DNA of 64,000 nucleotides, taken from the IMG/VR virus record IMGVR_UViG_3300042361_000498. The stretch is one strand, 5' to 3'. Source of the DNA: a virus (taxonomy: Duplodnaviria > Caudoviricetes). A program made the position numbers and the translations under genes. Numbering within the stretch: position 1 is the stretch's first letter; each line of letters starts with the position of its first letter. Shown here in pieces: positions 8,874 through 18,600 of the stretch. The notes beneath the pieces were generated by a model. The model was not told the origin of the DNA. It saw nothing but the letters and a program-made list of their open reading frames with translations, and did not search any database.

Positions 8874-9601
8874 TAGATAATATAGAGCAAATTAAAGGAT
8901 TACTTAACTTTGAGAAAGAAGGAGATTTCTATATGCTCTATATCTTTAAGCGTAAGAAAGACCAAACAACTGATAAAGCTAATCATCAATCGGTTCGTAC
9001 AATCAAATCATATTGTATTGAGAGTGTAGAACATTTAGAACAACGATACGATGAGATTAAACAACTTTGTGAGATGTTTAAGGCAAGGGCATATATTCAT
9101 ATCAACAAACAAAAACATAAGGATGTTGGTATGCAAATGATTGTTGATATTGTCAATCGCATTCAATCGGGTCAAATCAATCAAAAGCACGTATTTGATT
9201 CGGTGGTTGGACAAGTTAAGATGCACGAAAAAAGATGGATTGTAGATATTGACACAAAGGATGAAAGTTTGATTGGTGGTGTAATAAACACAATTGACCA
9301 ATGTAAACCTATTAAATTTAGAGCAATAGTACATACATACAAAGGAGATGGTACTATTGAAAAATCACTAGATATTGTTACAAAGGTGATTAAAAAAATC
9401 CCAACTAAATCAGGCTATCATTTAATTACTGAAAGATTTGATGTTATGGAATTTAAGAAACAATATGCTGATATCGATATCCAAAAGAAAAACCCAACAT
9501 TATTATATTACCCTGAAAGTTTAGGTACAAATACAAATAAAATAGCTTATCAAATACTACAAAACTCCACATATGGAAAAATGGGTGGTTTGGGAGAATA
9601 A
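8870..9601 (+). CDS. Conserved phage hypothetical protein
   Basis: RKKD..., ARAYI, WIVDID, PTKSGYHLIT motifs (primase/polymerase-like TKSGYH is weak). Confidence 0.55.
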   Translation: MIDNIEQIKGLLNFEKEGDFYMLYIFKRKKDQTTDKANHQSVRTIKSYCIESVEHLEQRYDEIKQLCEMFKARAYIHINKQKHKDVGMQMIVDIVNRIQSGQINQKHVFDSVVGQVKMHEKRWIVDIDTKDESLIGGVINTIDQCKPIKFRAIVHTYKGDGTIEKSLDIVTKVIKKIPTKSGYHLITERFDVMEFKKQYADIDIQKKNPTLLYYPESLGTNTNKIAYQILQNSTYGKMGGLGE

Positions 9602-9616
9602 ATAAAAAATTGTAAT

Positions 9617-10783
9617 ATGAAATACGATTTAACATTAATAGGTGATTACATATCCAAAGGATTGGTGATTAAACAAAATCATCCTACACTTCCATTGGCT
9701 ATATACAACTATTCACGTGAATGCCAATACAATGGTATGTGGGATGATATTACTTTGAATTGCAGAGGATTAGTTTTGGATAACGAAGGTAATGTTGTTG
9801 CTAAACCTTTTCCAAAGTTCTTTAACTACGAAGAGCACAAACCAGAGGATATCCCAAATGAATACTTTGAGGTTTATGAAAAGATGGATGGTTCGTTAGG
9901 TATATTCTTTTACTATGAGGAAGAGTTGAGTGATGAAAGAAGATATAACATATGGTTTAATAATAATTACGAAACCGGTATGGAAAGGTTCTTTGACCCA
10001 AACAACTTACCTAACTTTGATGACCCATACTATGAACCAACACCAAAAATAAAAGGTGAATGGCATATGACAACTCGTGGTTCATTTACTTCCGAACAAG
10101 CAATCAAAGGTATGGAGATTGCAAATAAGTACAACTACAATAAGATATGCGTACCTGGCTACACATATCTTTTTGAAATAATTTATCCTGAAAATCGTAT
10201 CGTTGTAGATTATGGTAAAGAAGAGAGATTGGTATTGTTGGGCGTTATGAATAGAAGAGGTGAAGAGTTTCCATATGAAGAGCTTGTGGAAGAAGGTTGG
10301 GATATCGTAATGAAGTATAAGACTTGGGGAGAAGATTGGGAAACTTTGAAAAAAGAAATATCCAAAGATAATGAAGGATATGTAATTCGTTTTTCAGGCG
10401 GTATGCGAATGAAGATTAAAGGTGATGAGTATGTTCGTCTACATAGAATCTTAACTAACTTTTCCACCAAAGATATATGGGAACTATTAAGAAATAACGA
10501 ACAGTTAGAACCATTTTTGGATAGAGTACCTGATGAGTTTGATGCTTGGGTGAAAGAAGTTGTTAGGGATTTACAAACTGAATTTGATACAATTAAAAAT
10601 AAAATTGAAATAGAATTCAGAGAGTTAATAGATAAGAAAGAGTTTGCTGATAAGATTGCAGATAATCCTAATAGGTCTTTATTATTCAAAAGGTTGGATT
10701 CATATTCGCCGCAATTTGATGAAATGATTTGGAAATTGTTAAAGCCAAAGTATGAAAAACCTTTCAAAAAAGATGAAAAATAA
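9617..10783 (+). CDS. rnlA: RNA ligase 1 (T4 Rnl1-like)
   Basis: CRGLV, KPFPKFFN, EKMDGSLG (motif I), TRGSF, FEIIYP, EGYVIRF, RMKIKGDEY. Confidence 0.9.
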   Translation: MKYDLTLIGDYISKGLVIKQNHPTLPLAIYNYSRECQYNGMWDDITLNCRGLVLDNEGNVVAKPFPKFFNYEEHKPEDIPNEYFEVYEKMDGSLGIFFYYEEELSDERRYNIWFNNNYETGMERFFDPNNLPNFDDPYYEPTPKIKGEWHMTTRGSFTSEQAIKGMEIANKYNYNKICVPGYTYLFEIIYPENRIVVDYGKEERLVLLGVMNRRGEEFPYEELVEEGWDIVMKYKTWGEDWETLKKEISKDNEGYVIRFSGGMRMKIKGDEYVRLHRILTNFSTKDIWELLRNNEQLEPFLDRVPDEFDAWVKEVVRDLQTEFDTIKNKIEIEFRELIDKKEFADKIADNPNRSLLFKRLDSYSPQFDEMIWKLLKPKYEKPFKKDEK

Positions 10784-10794
10784 TTGATGAAAAG

Positions 10795-10826
10795 CTTGTG
10801 TATATCAAATCTTTTACTTACCTTTA
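10795..10826 (+). promoter_or_regulatory. Early-type promoter
   Basis: CTTG 10795-10798, N20, TACCTTTA 10819-10826. Confidence 0.8.
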
Positions 10827-10926
10827 CTATGTACTAAGAGATACACATTATGAAAGTTTTAGTTTTTGATTCGATTTGGTTTGGTTTGAGAGTGTTAAAA
10901 ATGTTAGGATACTAAACAATAGACAT

Positions 10927-11109
10927 ATGAAATGGTTTTACAGCGAAATGGGTAGTGTGAATAAGAAGACTGGGAAGTATAAGCACTATAAAGTAACAGT
11001 TGAAGATTGGAAGATTACGGGTTGTAACTGCGAAGCTAGAGATTTTCGTAAATATACACCCTGTAAACATATGATTTCAATCCATAATAAGTTAGGACAT
11101 AGTTTATAA
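10927..11109 (+). CDS. SWIM zinc-finger protein
   Basis: GCNCEARDFRKYTPCKH = CxC-xn-CKH; start moved to ATG 10927. Confidence 0.75.
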   Translation: MKWFYSEMGSVNKKTGKYKHYKVTVEDWKITGCNCEARDFRKYTPCKHMISIHNKLGHSL

Positions 11110-11127
11110 AAAATAATTAAGAAAAAG

Positions 11128-11159
11128 CTTGACATTATCAATTTTTTTACATACCTTTA
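11128..11159 (+). promoter_or_regulatory. Early-type promoter
   Basis: CTTG 11128-11131, N20, TACCTTTA 11152-11159. Confidence 0.8.
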
Positions 11160-11182
11160 TTAAGTAATAAAAGATAAACAAT

Positions 11183-11449
11183 ATGAACATCGAATTTAAA
11201 AAACCCAACAAAAATCATCCTCAACCATTTATTCGTCATTCGAACTTTTCGATTATGAAAGCGGCAACTGAAAAGTATCCCGAAATGGTTGAAATCCTAA
11301 GAGGACCTTCTTATGCTAGGAAATTCTTTGGTAAGAAATTCATAAACATTGAATCCGCTATCAAAAGTGTAGATTTGATATGTGCAGAACGTATGATTGC
11401 AAAGCAGTCAATGGTTGAAACCGAGTCAATAGAGAACGCTTGGTGTTAA
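11183..11449 (+). CDS. Hypothetical protein
   Basis: ORF track; directly downstream of promoter. Confidence 0.65.
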   Translation: MNIEFKKPNKNHPQPFIRHSNFSIMKAATEKYPEMVEILRGPSYARKFFGKKFINIESAIKSVDLICAERMIAKQSMVETESIENAWC

Positions 11450-11473
11450 ACCTTAAAAAAAACTTAAAGAATA

Positions 11474-11505
11474 TTAGGATTTTTGATATTTTTTTTGTAT
11501 ATTTG
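11474..11505 (+). promoter_or_regulatory. Canonical Bacteroidota sigma-A promoter
   Basis: TTAG 11474-11477, N20, TATATTTG 11498-11505. Confidence 0.75.
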
Positions 11506-11541
11506 TATAATTATAATTAATAACCTTAAACAAAAAGTAGA

Positions 11542-11706
11542 ATGAAAAAATTATTAGCATTAGCGTTTATCGCATCTGGATTAGTATTAGCAGCATGTGG
11601 TGAATCAAAACAAGAAGTTGCAAGTGATTCTTTAGCAGTTGATACAATTGCAGTTGATAGTGTAGCAGCTGATTCGGTAGCAGCAGACACAGCAGTTGCA
11701 AAGTAA
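11542..11706 (+). CDS. Small acidic lipoprotein (54 aa), PG1828-family-like; absent from the ORF track
   Basis: MKKLLALAFIASGLVLAAC lipobox, then DSLAVDTIAVDSVAADSVAADT repeats; own promoter and terminator. Confidence 0.8.
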   Translation: MKKLLALAFIASGLVLAACGESKQEVASDSLAVDTIAVDSVAADSVAADTAVAK

Positions 11707-11733
11707 GAATTAAATTTTGATTGTGAATAATGG

Positions 11734-11765
11734 AAAGGGGTAGACTTTTAGTTTATCCCTTTTTT
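11734..11765 (+). terminator. Intrinsic terminator
   Basis: AAAGGGGTAGAC-TTTTA-GTTTATCCCTTT followed by T-tract. Confidence 0.75.
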
Positions 11766-11801
11766 GTGTCTAAAAATAATTTAAAAATATTTTGGTAAAA
11801 G

Positions 11802-11860
11802 CTTGTTTATATCAATTTTTTTACTTACCTTTATTATATGTGAGAGAGACAGTTCTCTTC
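11802..11860 (+). promoter_or_regulatory. Early-type promoter plus leader hairpin
   Basis: CTTG, N20, TACCTTTA 11826-11833, then TATGTGAGAGAGACAGTTCTC identical to the 644 copy. Confidence 0.85.
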
Positions 11861-11879
11861 CTTTTAACCCCACATTGAT

Positions 11880-12071
11880 ATGAATTATCCAAAGAAACTT
11901 AATGAGTATGTTCACTTCATTACTATCATCTATGGTGGTACAATGCGTAAAGAAGGTATCATAGAATGTATTATGGCTAACACTATTGGTTACGCTAATG
12001 GATTAGTATCCCGTACTACTTATAGAGGAGCCGAAAAACATTTTGTAAATTTATTAAAAAATATTTCGTAA
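11880..12071 (+). CDS. Hypothetical protein, paralogue of 12423-12614
   Basis: KE.II.CI..N...YANGLVS...Y..AEK..V..LK.IS shared. Confidence 0.7.
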   Translation: MNYPKKLNEYVHFITIIYGGTMRKEGIIECIMANTIGYANGLVSRTTYRGAEKHFVNLLKNIS

Positions 12072-12075
12072 AAGG

Positions 12076-12135
12076 CTTGTTTAATTCAGGAATTTTACTT
12101 ACCTTTATTATATGGGAGTGAGGGACGTTCCTCCT
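12076..12135 (+). promoter_or_regulatory. Early-type promoter plus leader hairpin
   Basis: CTTG, N20, TACCTTTA 12100-12107, then GAGGGAC/GTTCCTC hairpin. Confidence 0.85.
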
Positions 12136-12156
12136 CCATTAACCCCCCCCTTTGTT

Positions 12157-12384
12157 ATGAATATTAGAAATTATTATGTGAATGAGTTCCCATCAGATGA
12201 GTTAGGTTTAGAGATTGACCCAAAAGCCAACTTCGAATCTTTATGGCTCGCAATTCGTGGTGATATGGTCTATGAATACATTGGTGTTTCTGATAGTGTG
12301 ATACGAGAGAGATTGTTTGAAAAGTTTTCCGAACTCACCGGTCATACTTACGATTATATTTACCAAGAATGGTTAAACGCCTAA
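12157..12384 (+). CDS. Hypothetical protein
   Basis: Start moved to ATG 12157 (MNIRNYYV). Confidence 0.65.
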   Translation: MNIRNYYVNEFPSDELGLEIDPKANFESLWLAIRGDMVYEYIGVSDSVIRERLFEKFSELTGHTYDYIYQEWLNA

Positions 12385-12422
12385 TAATTAAATTTTAATA
12401 TTAATCTTAAACCCCTTATATT

Positions 12423-12614
12423 ATGACAATTCATTTCAAAGATTTAGATTCGTACATTAAACATTTGACATTGGGAGTTTCCTTTTTAGGAAAAGAAACC
12501 ATCATTAATTGTATTACAAAAAATGATGTGATTTATGCAAACGGACTTGTTTCCGAAAAGATTTACAAAAAAGCTGAAAAGTATTTAGTTGAAAACCTTA
12601 AATTTATTTCTTAA
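12423..12614 (+). CDS. Hypothetical protein, paralogue of 11880-12071
   Basis: YANGLVS motif shared. Confidence 0.7.
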   Translation: MTIHFKDLDSYIKHLTLGVSFLGKETIINCITKNDVIYANGLVSEKIYKKAEKYLVENLKFIS

Positions 12615-12640
12615 TTATTATTTCACTAAAATAAAATGTT

Positions 12641-12787
12641 ATGCAAGAAGTACCTAGATTACCTTTTACAACAATGGATTACATTGTGCATGGATTTCAT
12701 TTAGTATGTTTACTTTCAATCATAGTATTGGGAGCAGCATATATTATTCACGATTACAAAACTTTTAAACCCAAAGACAGATTTTAA
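12641..12787 (+). CDS. Small membrane protein (48 aa)
   Basis: MQEVPRLPFTTMDYIVHGFHLVCLLSIIVLGAAYII..., read manually. Confidence 0.5.
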   Translation: MQEVPRLPFTTMDYIVHGFHLVCLLSIIVLGAAYIIHDYKTFKPKDRF

Positions 12788-12788
12788 T

Positions 12789-13037
12789 ATGGTAGCATAT
12801 AAGCAATTTATAACAATGTGCATTGGACTTGTTGTGGGAGTAATTGCAATAAGTATATTGGCATTTGTACCCAGCAAATCGGATAAAGCAAAGTACACTA
12901 TTACATCGGAAAACGGAAAAACTTATTACGCAAATACATTTCGTATGTATGGTAAGGGAGTTATGTTTGATGATATTTATGGGAACACAGTCATCGTTCA
13001 AGGTGATTTAGAAATTAAATGTAAAAAAGTAGAATGA
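12789..13037 (+). CDS. Membrane-anchored hypothetical protein
   Basis: N-terminal TM helix. Confidence 0.6.
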   Translation: MVAYKQFITMCIGLVVGVIAISILAFVPSKSDKAKYTITSENGKTYYANTFRMYGKGVMFDDIYGNTVIVQGDLEIKCKKVE

Positions 13038-13333
13038 AATTATTAAGTAAGACAAAAGAAATATTTGAAGCTTGGGCAATATCGTTTAATCCAAATGATG
13101 CCCAAGCTGAATTAGCATCAGAACGCATTCAGATTTGTGATGCCTGTGAACATAAAGTTCAAGAACCTTACATTCATTGTGGTCAATGCGGATGTGCTCT
13201 TAAAGCAAAGATATACACCCCTAAAACGTTTATGGATGAGGGTGGTTCATGTCCTGAAAAAAAATGGAAGGGGGTTGAAGTTCAATACCTTAAAACAAAA
13301 AATTTAAATCGTTACAACGAACTAAACAAATGA
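13034..13333 (+). CDS. Cys-rich zinc-binding protein
   Basis: R...CDAC...CGQCGC.L.AK...SCPEKKW. Confidence 0.7.
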   Translation: MKLLSKTKEIFEAWAISFNPNDAQAELASERIQICDACEHKVQEPYIHCGQCGCALKAKIYTPKTFMDEGGSCPEKKWKGVEVQYLKTKNLNRYNELNK

Positions 13334-13476
13334 TAGAATTTGTAAAGCACGCATTGGGATTATGTGGTGAACATTGGCATCCTAACCTATTCACAATAAT
13401 AGCAAGCGGATTTGGATTATTACCTGCATTTGAATATCTTAAATACAAATACTTTAAGAATGGAACAAACAAATAG
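13330..13476 (+). CDS. Small hypothetical protein (48 aa)
   Basis: MIEFVKHALGLCGEHWHPNLFTII..., read manually; overlaps both neighbours. Confidence 0.55.
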   Translation: MIEFVKHALGLCGEHWHPNLFTIIASGFGLLPAFEYLKYKYFKNGTNK

Positions 13477-13726
13477 TGAAGTAGAAGTATTGGAAAAAAT
13501 TGAGAAGCAACATCAAATTATAGTTTACAATGATAATGTAAATACGTTTGAGCATGTCATTATGTGTTTAATGATTATGTGTGGACACGAAATGGAACAG
13601 GCAGAACAATGTGCAATGATAATTCACTACAAAGGAAAGTGTGGAGTTAAATCAGGCACTATGGATGAATTGATTCCTATTGCCGAAGCATTAGATAGAG
13701 CAGGATTACACTTACAAATCGTTTAA
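13460..13726 (+). CDS. clpS: ATP-dependent Clp protease adaptor ClpS
   Basis: IVYNDNVNTFEHVI..L...CGH...QAEQCAMIIHYKGK; start moved to ATG 13460. Confidence 0.9.
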   Translation: MEQTNSEVEVLEKIEKQHQIIVYNDNVNTFEHVIMCLMIMCGHEMEQAEQCAMIIHYKGKCGVKSGTMDELIPIAEALDRAGLHLQIV

Positions 13727-13737
13727 TTCATATCTTT

Positions 13738-13746
13738 ATATTTATA
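13738..13746 (+). promoter_or_regulatory. Putative late promoter ATATTTATA
   Basis: Recurs shortly upstream of genes at 21031, 27870, 28489, 35018, 42053, 48482, 49551, 53794, 58917. Confidence 0.6.
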
Positions 13747-13762
13747 TTCAAATACAATATAA

Positions 13763-13921
13763 ATGGAGACAATGAAAATTAACTTAACGGAATACAACCA
13801 AACATTGGAGTATAGTAATCGATTTGATTTCTTAAATAAAATTGTATCGTTACAATCTAAAAAAGGAAAGGCAATCAAAAGTCAATCGCCTAATCGTAGA
13901 GCTAAAAAGATTAAAAAATGA
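13763..13921 (+). CDS. Small basic hypothetical protein (52 aa)
   Basis: Read manually; follows the late motif; TGA overlaps the next ATG. Confidence 0.55.
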   Translation: METMKINLTEYNQTLEYSNRFDFLNKIVSLQSKKGKAIKSQSPNRRAKKIKK

Positions 13922-14670
13922 TTAAGTTAAAATCCATATTATCCGAAGACCTTCGTAATTGGTTTGGTAAAGGTAAGACGGGTTCAACTACCGGTGGTGG
14001 TTGGGATAGATACGATTCTACTGGAAAGAAAGTTGGTAAGTGTGGTGATTCAAAAGAAGGAGACCCTTATGCAGCTTGTTTATCAAAAGAGAAAGCAGCC
14101 AAATTAGGTAAAGATGGAATTGCATCATTTGTAAAAAGAAAAAGAGCTGCACAATCTAAAGCAGGTGATTCTGAAAAAGGTGGTGAACAAAAGAAAGGAC
14201 AGAAACCCACATTTGTAAAAACAGGAGCTAGTGAGGGATTGGATGAGAAGTGGTCTCAAAAATATAAAAAATCAATTAATTGTAGTAATCCGAAAGGATT
14301 CTCACAAAAAGCACATTGCCAGGGTAGAAAGAAAAACGAATTGGTTGAAGAGGCAATGGAATTATTTTTAGAGAAGAATTGTCCAACCGATTCGGCAAAG
14401 TGGTCAGCATCTAAAGCAGCAGCTAAAAAGAAGTTTGATGTATATCCATCAGCTTATGCAAATGGTTGGGCGGCAAAGAACTACAAATCAAAAGGTGGTG
14501 GTTGGAAAGTATGTAAAGAAAGTGTTATAAAAGAAGAGGAGTCTGAAATGAATCCAAAGGTATTAGATATATCATCTGAACAAGATAAGAAAAGAAAGGA
14601 ATTGGATATATACGATGAACCTAATTATGATAGTACATATTATTACACCGGAATGCAAGGTAAGAGTTAA
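13918..14670 (+). CDS. Lys-rich mosaic protein of short Cys-containing phage modules
   Basis: LRNWF...KCG...ACL; KWSQKYKKSINC.NPKGFSQKAHC; KKFDVYPSAYANGW modules. Confidence 0.7.
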   Translation: MIKLKSILSEDLRNWFGKGKTGSTTGGGWDRYDSTGKKVGKCGDSKEGDPYAACLSKEKAAKLGKDGIASFVKRKRAAQSKAGDSEKGGEQKKGQKPTFVKTGASEGLDEKWSQKYKKSINCSNPKGFSQKAHCQGRKKNELVEEAMELFLEKNCPTDSAKWSASKAAAKKKFDVYPSAYANGWAAKNYKSKGGGWKVCKESVIKEEESEMNPKVLDISSEQDKKRKELDIYDEPNYDSTYYYTGMQGKS

Positions 14671-14671
14671 A

Positions 14672-14704
14672 AAAGAAAGGGAAGATTTACTTCCCTTTTT
14701 TATT
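14672..14704. terminator. Bidirectional intrinsic terminator
   Basis: AAAGGGAAG-ATTTA-CTTCCCTTT flanked by A and T tracts between convergent genes. Confidence 0.8.
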
Positions 14705-15100
14705 TTAATCCATTAACAACTTATCATCATCTTTACTACTTTGATTTGTAAATATATTATTAGTTGTGTTTGGTATTGTATATGTACTACTATTTCCACT
14801 TGTATCCGTATAAGTTAAAGTTGAACCGGGAAATTGTGTTGTAGTAACCGAACCTCCTGTTGTAATAGTTCCACTCAATGGCATAATATTTGGAGTTCCA
14901 GTTGATATCCAACCACCACCCAATTGTGGTACTACTGCCGGAGTTCCAAACCCACCACTACCAATAGGAAATCCAATAGGAGCATCCTCTACTTCTTTTA
15001 ATTTTTCTCTGATTGAATCAAATTGTCTTTTGGTAATGTTGTATCCATCTACCGCATCTAAAAAACCTTTCAACCATTGTGTGTATTCTTGACTAGTCAT
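14705..15100 (-). CDS. Hypothetical protein, Thr/Gly-rich
   Basis: ORF track. Confidence 0.65.
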   Translation of the reverse strand: MTSQEYTQWLKGFLDAVDGYNITKRQFDSIREKLKEVEDAPIGFPIGSGGFGTPAVVPQLGGGWISTGTPNIMPLSGTITTGGSVTTTQFPGSTLTYTDTSGNSSTYTIPNTTNNIFTNQSSKDDDKLLMD

Positions 15101-15111
15101 AATATATTCTT

Positions 15112-15651
15112 TTATAAAAGTGATAAAATTGTATCTATACTTTTTTCGTTTACTTTGATTGGATAGTAATCTATATCGTATTGTTTTAATACTGTTGTTA
15201 TATCATCGTCAATCTCTTTACTTTCTTCCAAACTCTGAAATCTACCATCGGTTTGAAACATAGAATCATCTCTTTCCAATACAATGTTAATTGAGTTGTA
15301 CTGCTTATGCAAATCAACTACAAACTCATTGAATGTAAATCCGTAAAATGCGGCTGGATAATCTAAATCATTTGAGTATCGATTCTTATATACCAAACTT
15401 AACATAATAGGAGAATCAACTACAATGTAATCAACCTGCCCATGTAACCTTGCTATGTTCCTATGTTGATTAGCCAATACATACAATTGGTCTTTCACCA
15501 TTTCATAACTCTTATCCCATGCTAATAACTTTGGAAACTCATATGGCATTTCTACATTCATATTAAGTTTCTTCATTTCATAATATAGACCGGCGGCTTG
15601 TGTGGATTTCCCAATGCCAGGTCCACCAAATAAATTTATAATTTTTGTCAT
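15112..15651 (-). CDS. P-loop NTPase/kinase (NadR/Ttd14 AAA_28-like)
   Basis: INLFGGPGIGKST Walker A; VDSP; LER...GRFQ. Confidence 0.75.
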   Translation of the reverse strand: MTKIINLFGGPGIGKSTQAAGLYYEMKKLNMNVEMPYEFPKLLAWDKSYEMVKDQLYVLANQHRNIARLHGQVDYIVVDSPIMLSLVYKNRYSNDLDYPAAFYGFTFNEFVVDLHKQYNSINIVLERDDSMFQTDGRFQSLEESKEIDDDITTVLKQYDIDYYPIKVNEKSIDTILSLL

Positions 15652-15655
15652 AGAT

Positions 15656-15686
15656 AAAAAAGGGAGGGATTTGATTCCCTCCCCTT
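15656..15686 (-). terminator. Intrinsic terminator after the TBDR
   Basis: GGGAGGGA/TCCCTCCC stem with a U-tract on the minus strand. Confidence 0.7.
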
Positions 15687-15691
15687 AATTA

Positions 15692-18600
15692 TTAGTTGAA
15701 TAGGTATCTTACACCTAATTGAATTTGGTAGCGAGAACCAAATCCTACGTTATCTCTGAATGAATCAGTAAACGGAACTTTGTTTCTTCCATCCAAATAT
15801 GGGAATGCGAAGATTGGTGTTTTACCATCAGTATCCAATTTAACAAAGTTAAGTGGAGTGATTGTTGTAGGTAATTGTTGAACACCCAATTTACTACTAA
15901 TAAAGTTTGTGAAGTTATATACATCAGCAGTAAAACGTAATGTATGCTTTATAGCTCCAACTTTAATGTAAACATCTTGCGTTAAATTCAAATCTAATCT
16001 ATGAACCCACGGAAGAACTAATGCTTGTCTTTCTGCCATCATACCTCTACGAGTTGAAAGATAAGGATTGTTTGAAATAAAAGCATCTAATTGAGACCAT
16101 AGTTCAGCTTGTGTTCTTGTATCAGCTACACCACTTACCGCAGATGCGTTAGTTAATTTGATTTGAGATGCATCTTTAGGAACGAAGATTAAATCGTTAC
16201 CATTGAAACCATCGTTATTCAAATCACCACCATATGTGTATGAAAGAGATGTTTGTGCGCTGTTAGGAGATGCTTCATACAATAAACCAATTGAAGTTCT
16301 TGTATTCTTAATAAATTCCTTACCATAGTTCACACTAGCAATAATTCTATGAGGTAAATAGTTGTTTGAAAAACCTGCCTCAAAGTTGTTAGGGTCAGTA
16401 CCAGTCGGTCTAGCTCCCCACATTGTAAATGCAGTTGAACCATTGATTGTTGCATCTACTGCCGTTTGGCGAGTATAAGAAGCGTTTACACCTAAGTTAT
16501 TAAATTGTCTTTGGATTTGTAATGTTCCAAATAAAGTATGACCGATGTTTGCATTCGTCATATAGATTGCATTACCAATGTTTGGATTCTCCGCAGTTTG
16601 AGCCGCACCAACCGCATCATATACCGAACGTTTAACGAAACGAGTTCTACCATCACTTAATGTTGTGTTACCCGATGATGGTAATGCAACGTTTTGGAAA
16701 ACAGTAGCGTTGATGTTTTGGATATAAGTTCCCTCCGCAGTTACGGTCCAACCTAATACTTTCTTATCAACTGCTAATGTAGATTTCCAAACCTGTGGGA
16801 ATTTATAATTAGGGTCAGTTACGTTAAGAGAATATGATTTGGATAAACCTGGCGTTGGCGTTGGTCTATATTTATCAATATCAGGTGAGAATACATATCC
16901 AGTTCCATTTGTAATAGAGCCAAATAATGCCATACCACTATTAGATGCCTGATTTGAAATCCATACAAATGGTGGAGGTCCTTGGAATAAACCAGTACCA
17001 CCTCGTATTTGTAAAGTTTGGTCATCATTCACATCCCAGTTAAATCCAACTCTTGGTGATATTTGTAGTGAAGCAGATGGTGCTAAACCTGTGTTTAATT
17101 TCGTACCATTATAGAACTTATCTAAACCAGCAACTACTGGATTGAAAAGGAAGTTATCAGCAAACGAAACATAATCAGCTCTAATACCATATGTTAAAGT
17201 TAAATTATCTTTTACTCTAAACTTATCTTGCGCAAATAAACTTAACTCCATATTCTTTGGTCCAACCAATGGGAAACCACCACTCAATGAATATGATAAA
17301 TCATAGAACGCTGCTGGTTTTGTTCCTGCTGCCGAAGCGTAGAAATCTGCTAAACTATTGAAACGATATGCACCTGCGAATGAAGGTGAAAAACCATTTG
17401 AATAAGTTTTGAATGAGTTTTGTGTACCAAATGTAAATTCGTGCTTACCTTTGTATAAGTTGAAAATGTTATTAAGTTGAATTACATCAGTATTCAATAC
17501 GTTACCATATGTAAATCTTTCATAACCAAACGTTGTGTAAGGTAAGCCATTACCATCTAAGATATCTACTTGTGGGAAATTACCAACACTTAAAGGTGCT
17601 CTATAATCTCTCAATTGAGTATATCCAATTTGCAATTTGTTATTTGCCGAATTAGAGAATCGAGTGTTCAACTCACCAATTAAGATATCCGCATCGTTGT
17701 TGATGATGTATCCACTACCAAAGAAAGGCATTGCTGTGTTACCCGGTCTTCTACCATTTGATGAGTTAATTGAACCACTATTAGATGCTGGGATATCAGC
17801 TGAAGAACGTAACATTGTATATTTCAATGAGAACGAATTCTTTGCATTAATATTCCAATCTATCTTTGCAGTTAATCTTTGTGATTTAGAACCATACTGA
17901 TAACCTTGATATGCACCGGGGTCATATTTGTAAGTATCAATTAAGAACTTTCTCAACGCATCTAAATCAGATGTTTTTGCCTGTGATACGTTAGTACCAT
18001 TTGGTGTATTGTTAGCATCTGATGCTACCCATTGAGTACCCGGCTCCATTCTTTCTTCTTGCTCTCCGTTTAAGAAGAAAAACAACTTATCCTTAACAAT
18101 TGCACCACCTGCGGTGAAACCTTTAAGGTCATATGTGAATGGTTGTTGTGGTAAAGTGATATCACCTACCTTATACCCTTGCAAATCTTTATTCTTAAAA
18201 AATTGGTAAACCGAACCAAATGCCTGATTCTTACCACTACGAGTTACAGTGTTCACCGAGCCACCTGCGAAACCACCATACTTAACATCAAAAGGAGAAA
18301 CGTTTACTTGGATTTGTTCAATCGCATCTAATGAGATTGGTTGCGCTCCAGTCTGTCCTCCCAATGTTCCATCACCCAATCCAAATGAGTTATTGAAGTT
18401 CGCACCATCTAATGTTACGTTATTCAATTGAGAACTCATACCACCAAACGATAAGTTGTTTTGTGATGGTACTAATTTAACTAAATCTTTCCAACTACGA
18501 TTTACGTTTGGTACTGATTCGATTAATCTTCTATTGATAATCTCCTGCGAACCATTACGGCTTGAGTTGAAAACTTTGTTTTGACCTGATACAACAACGA

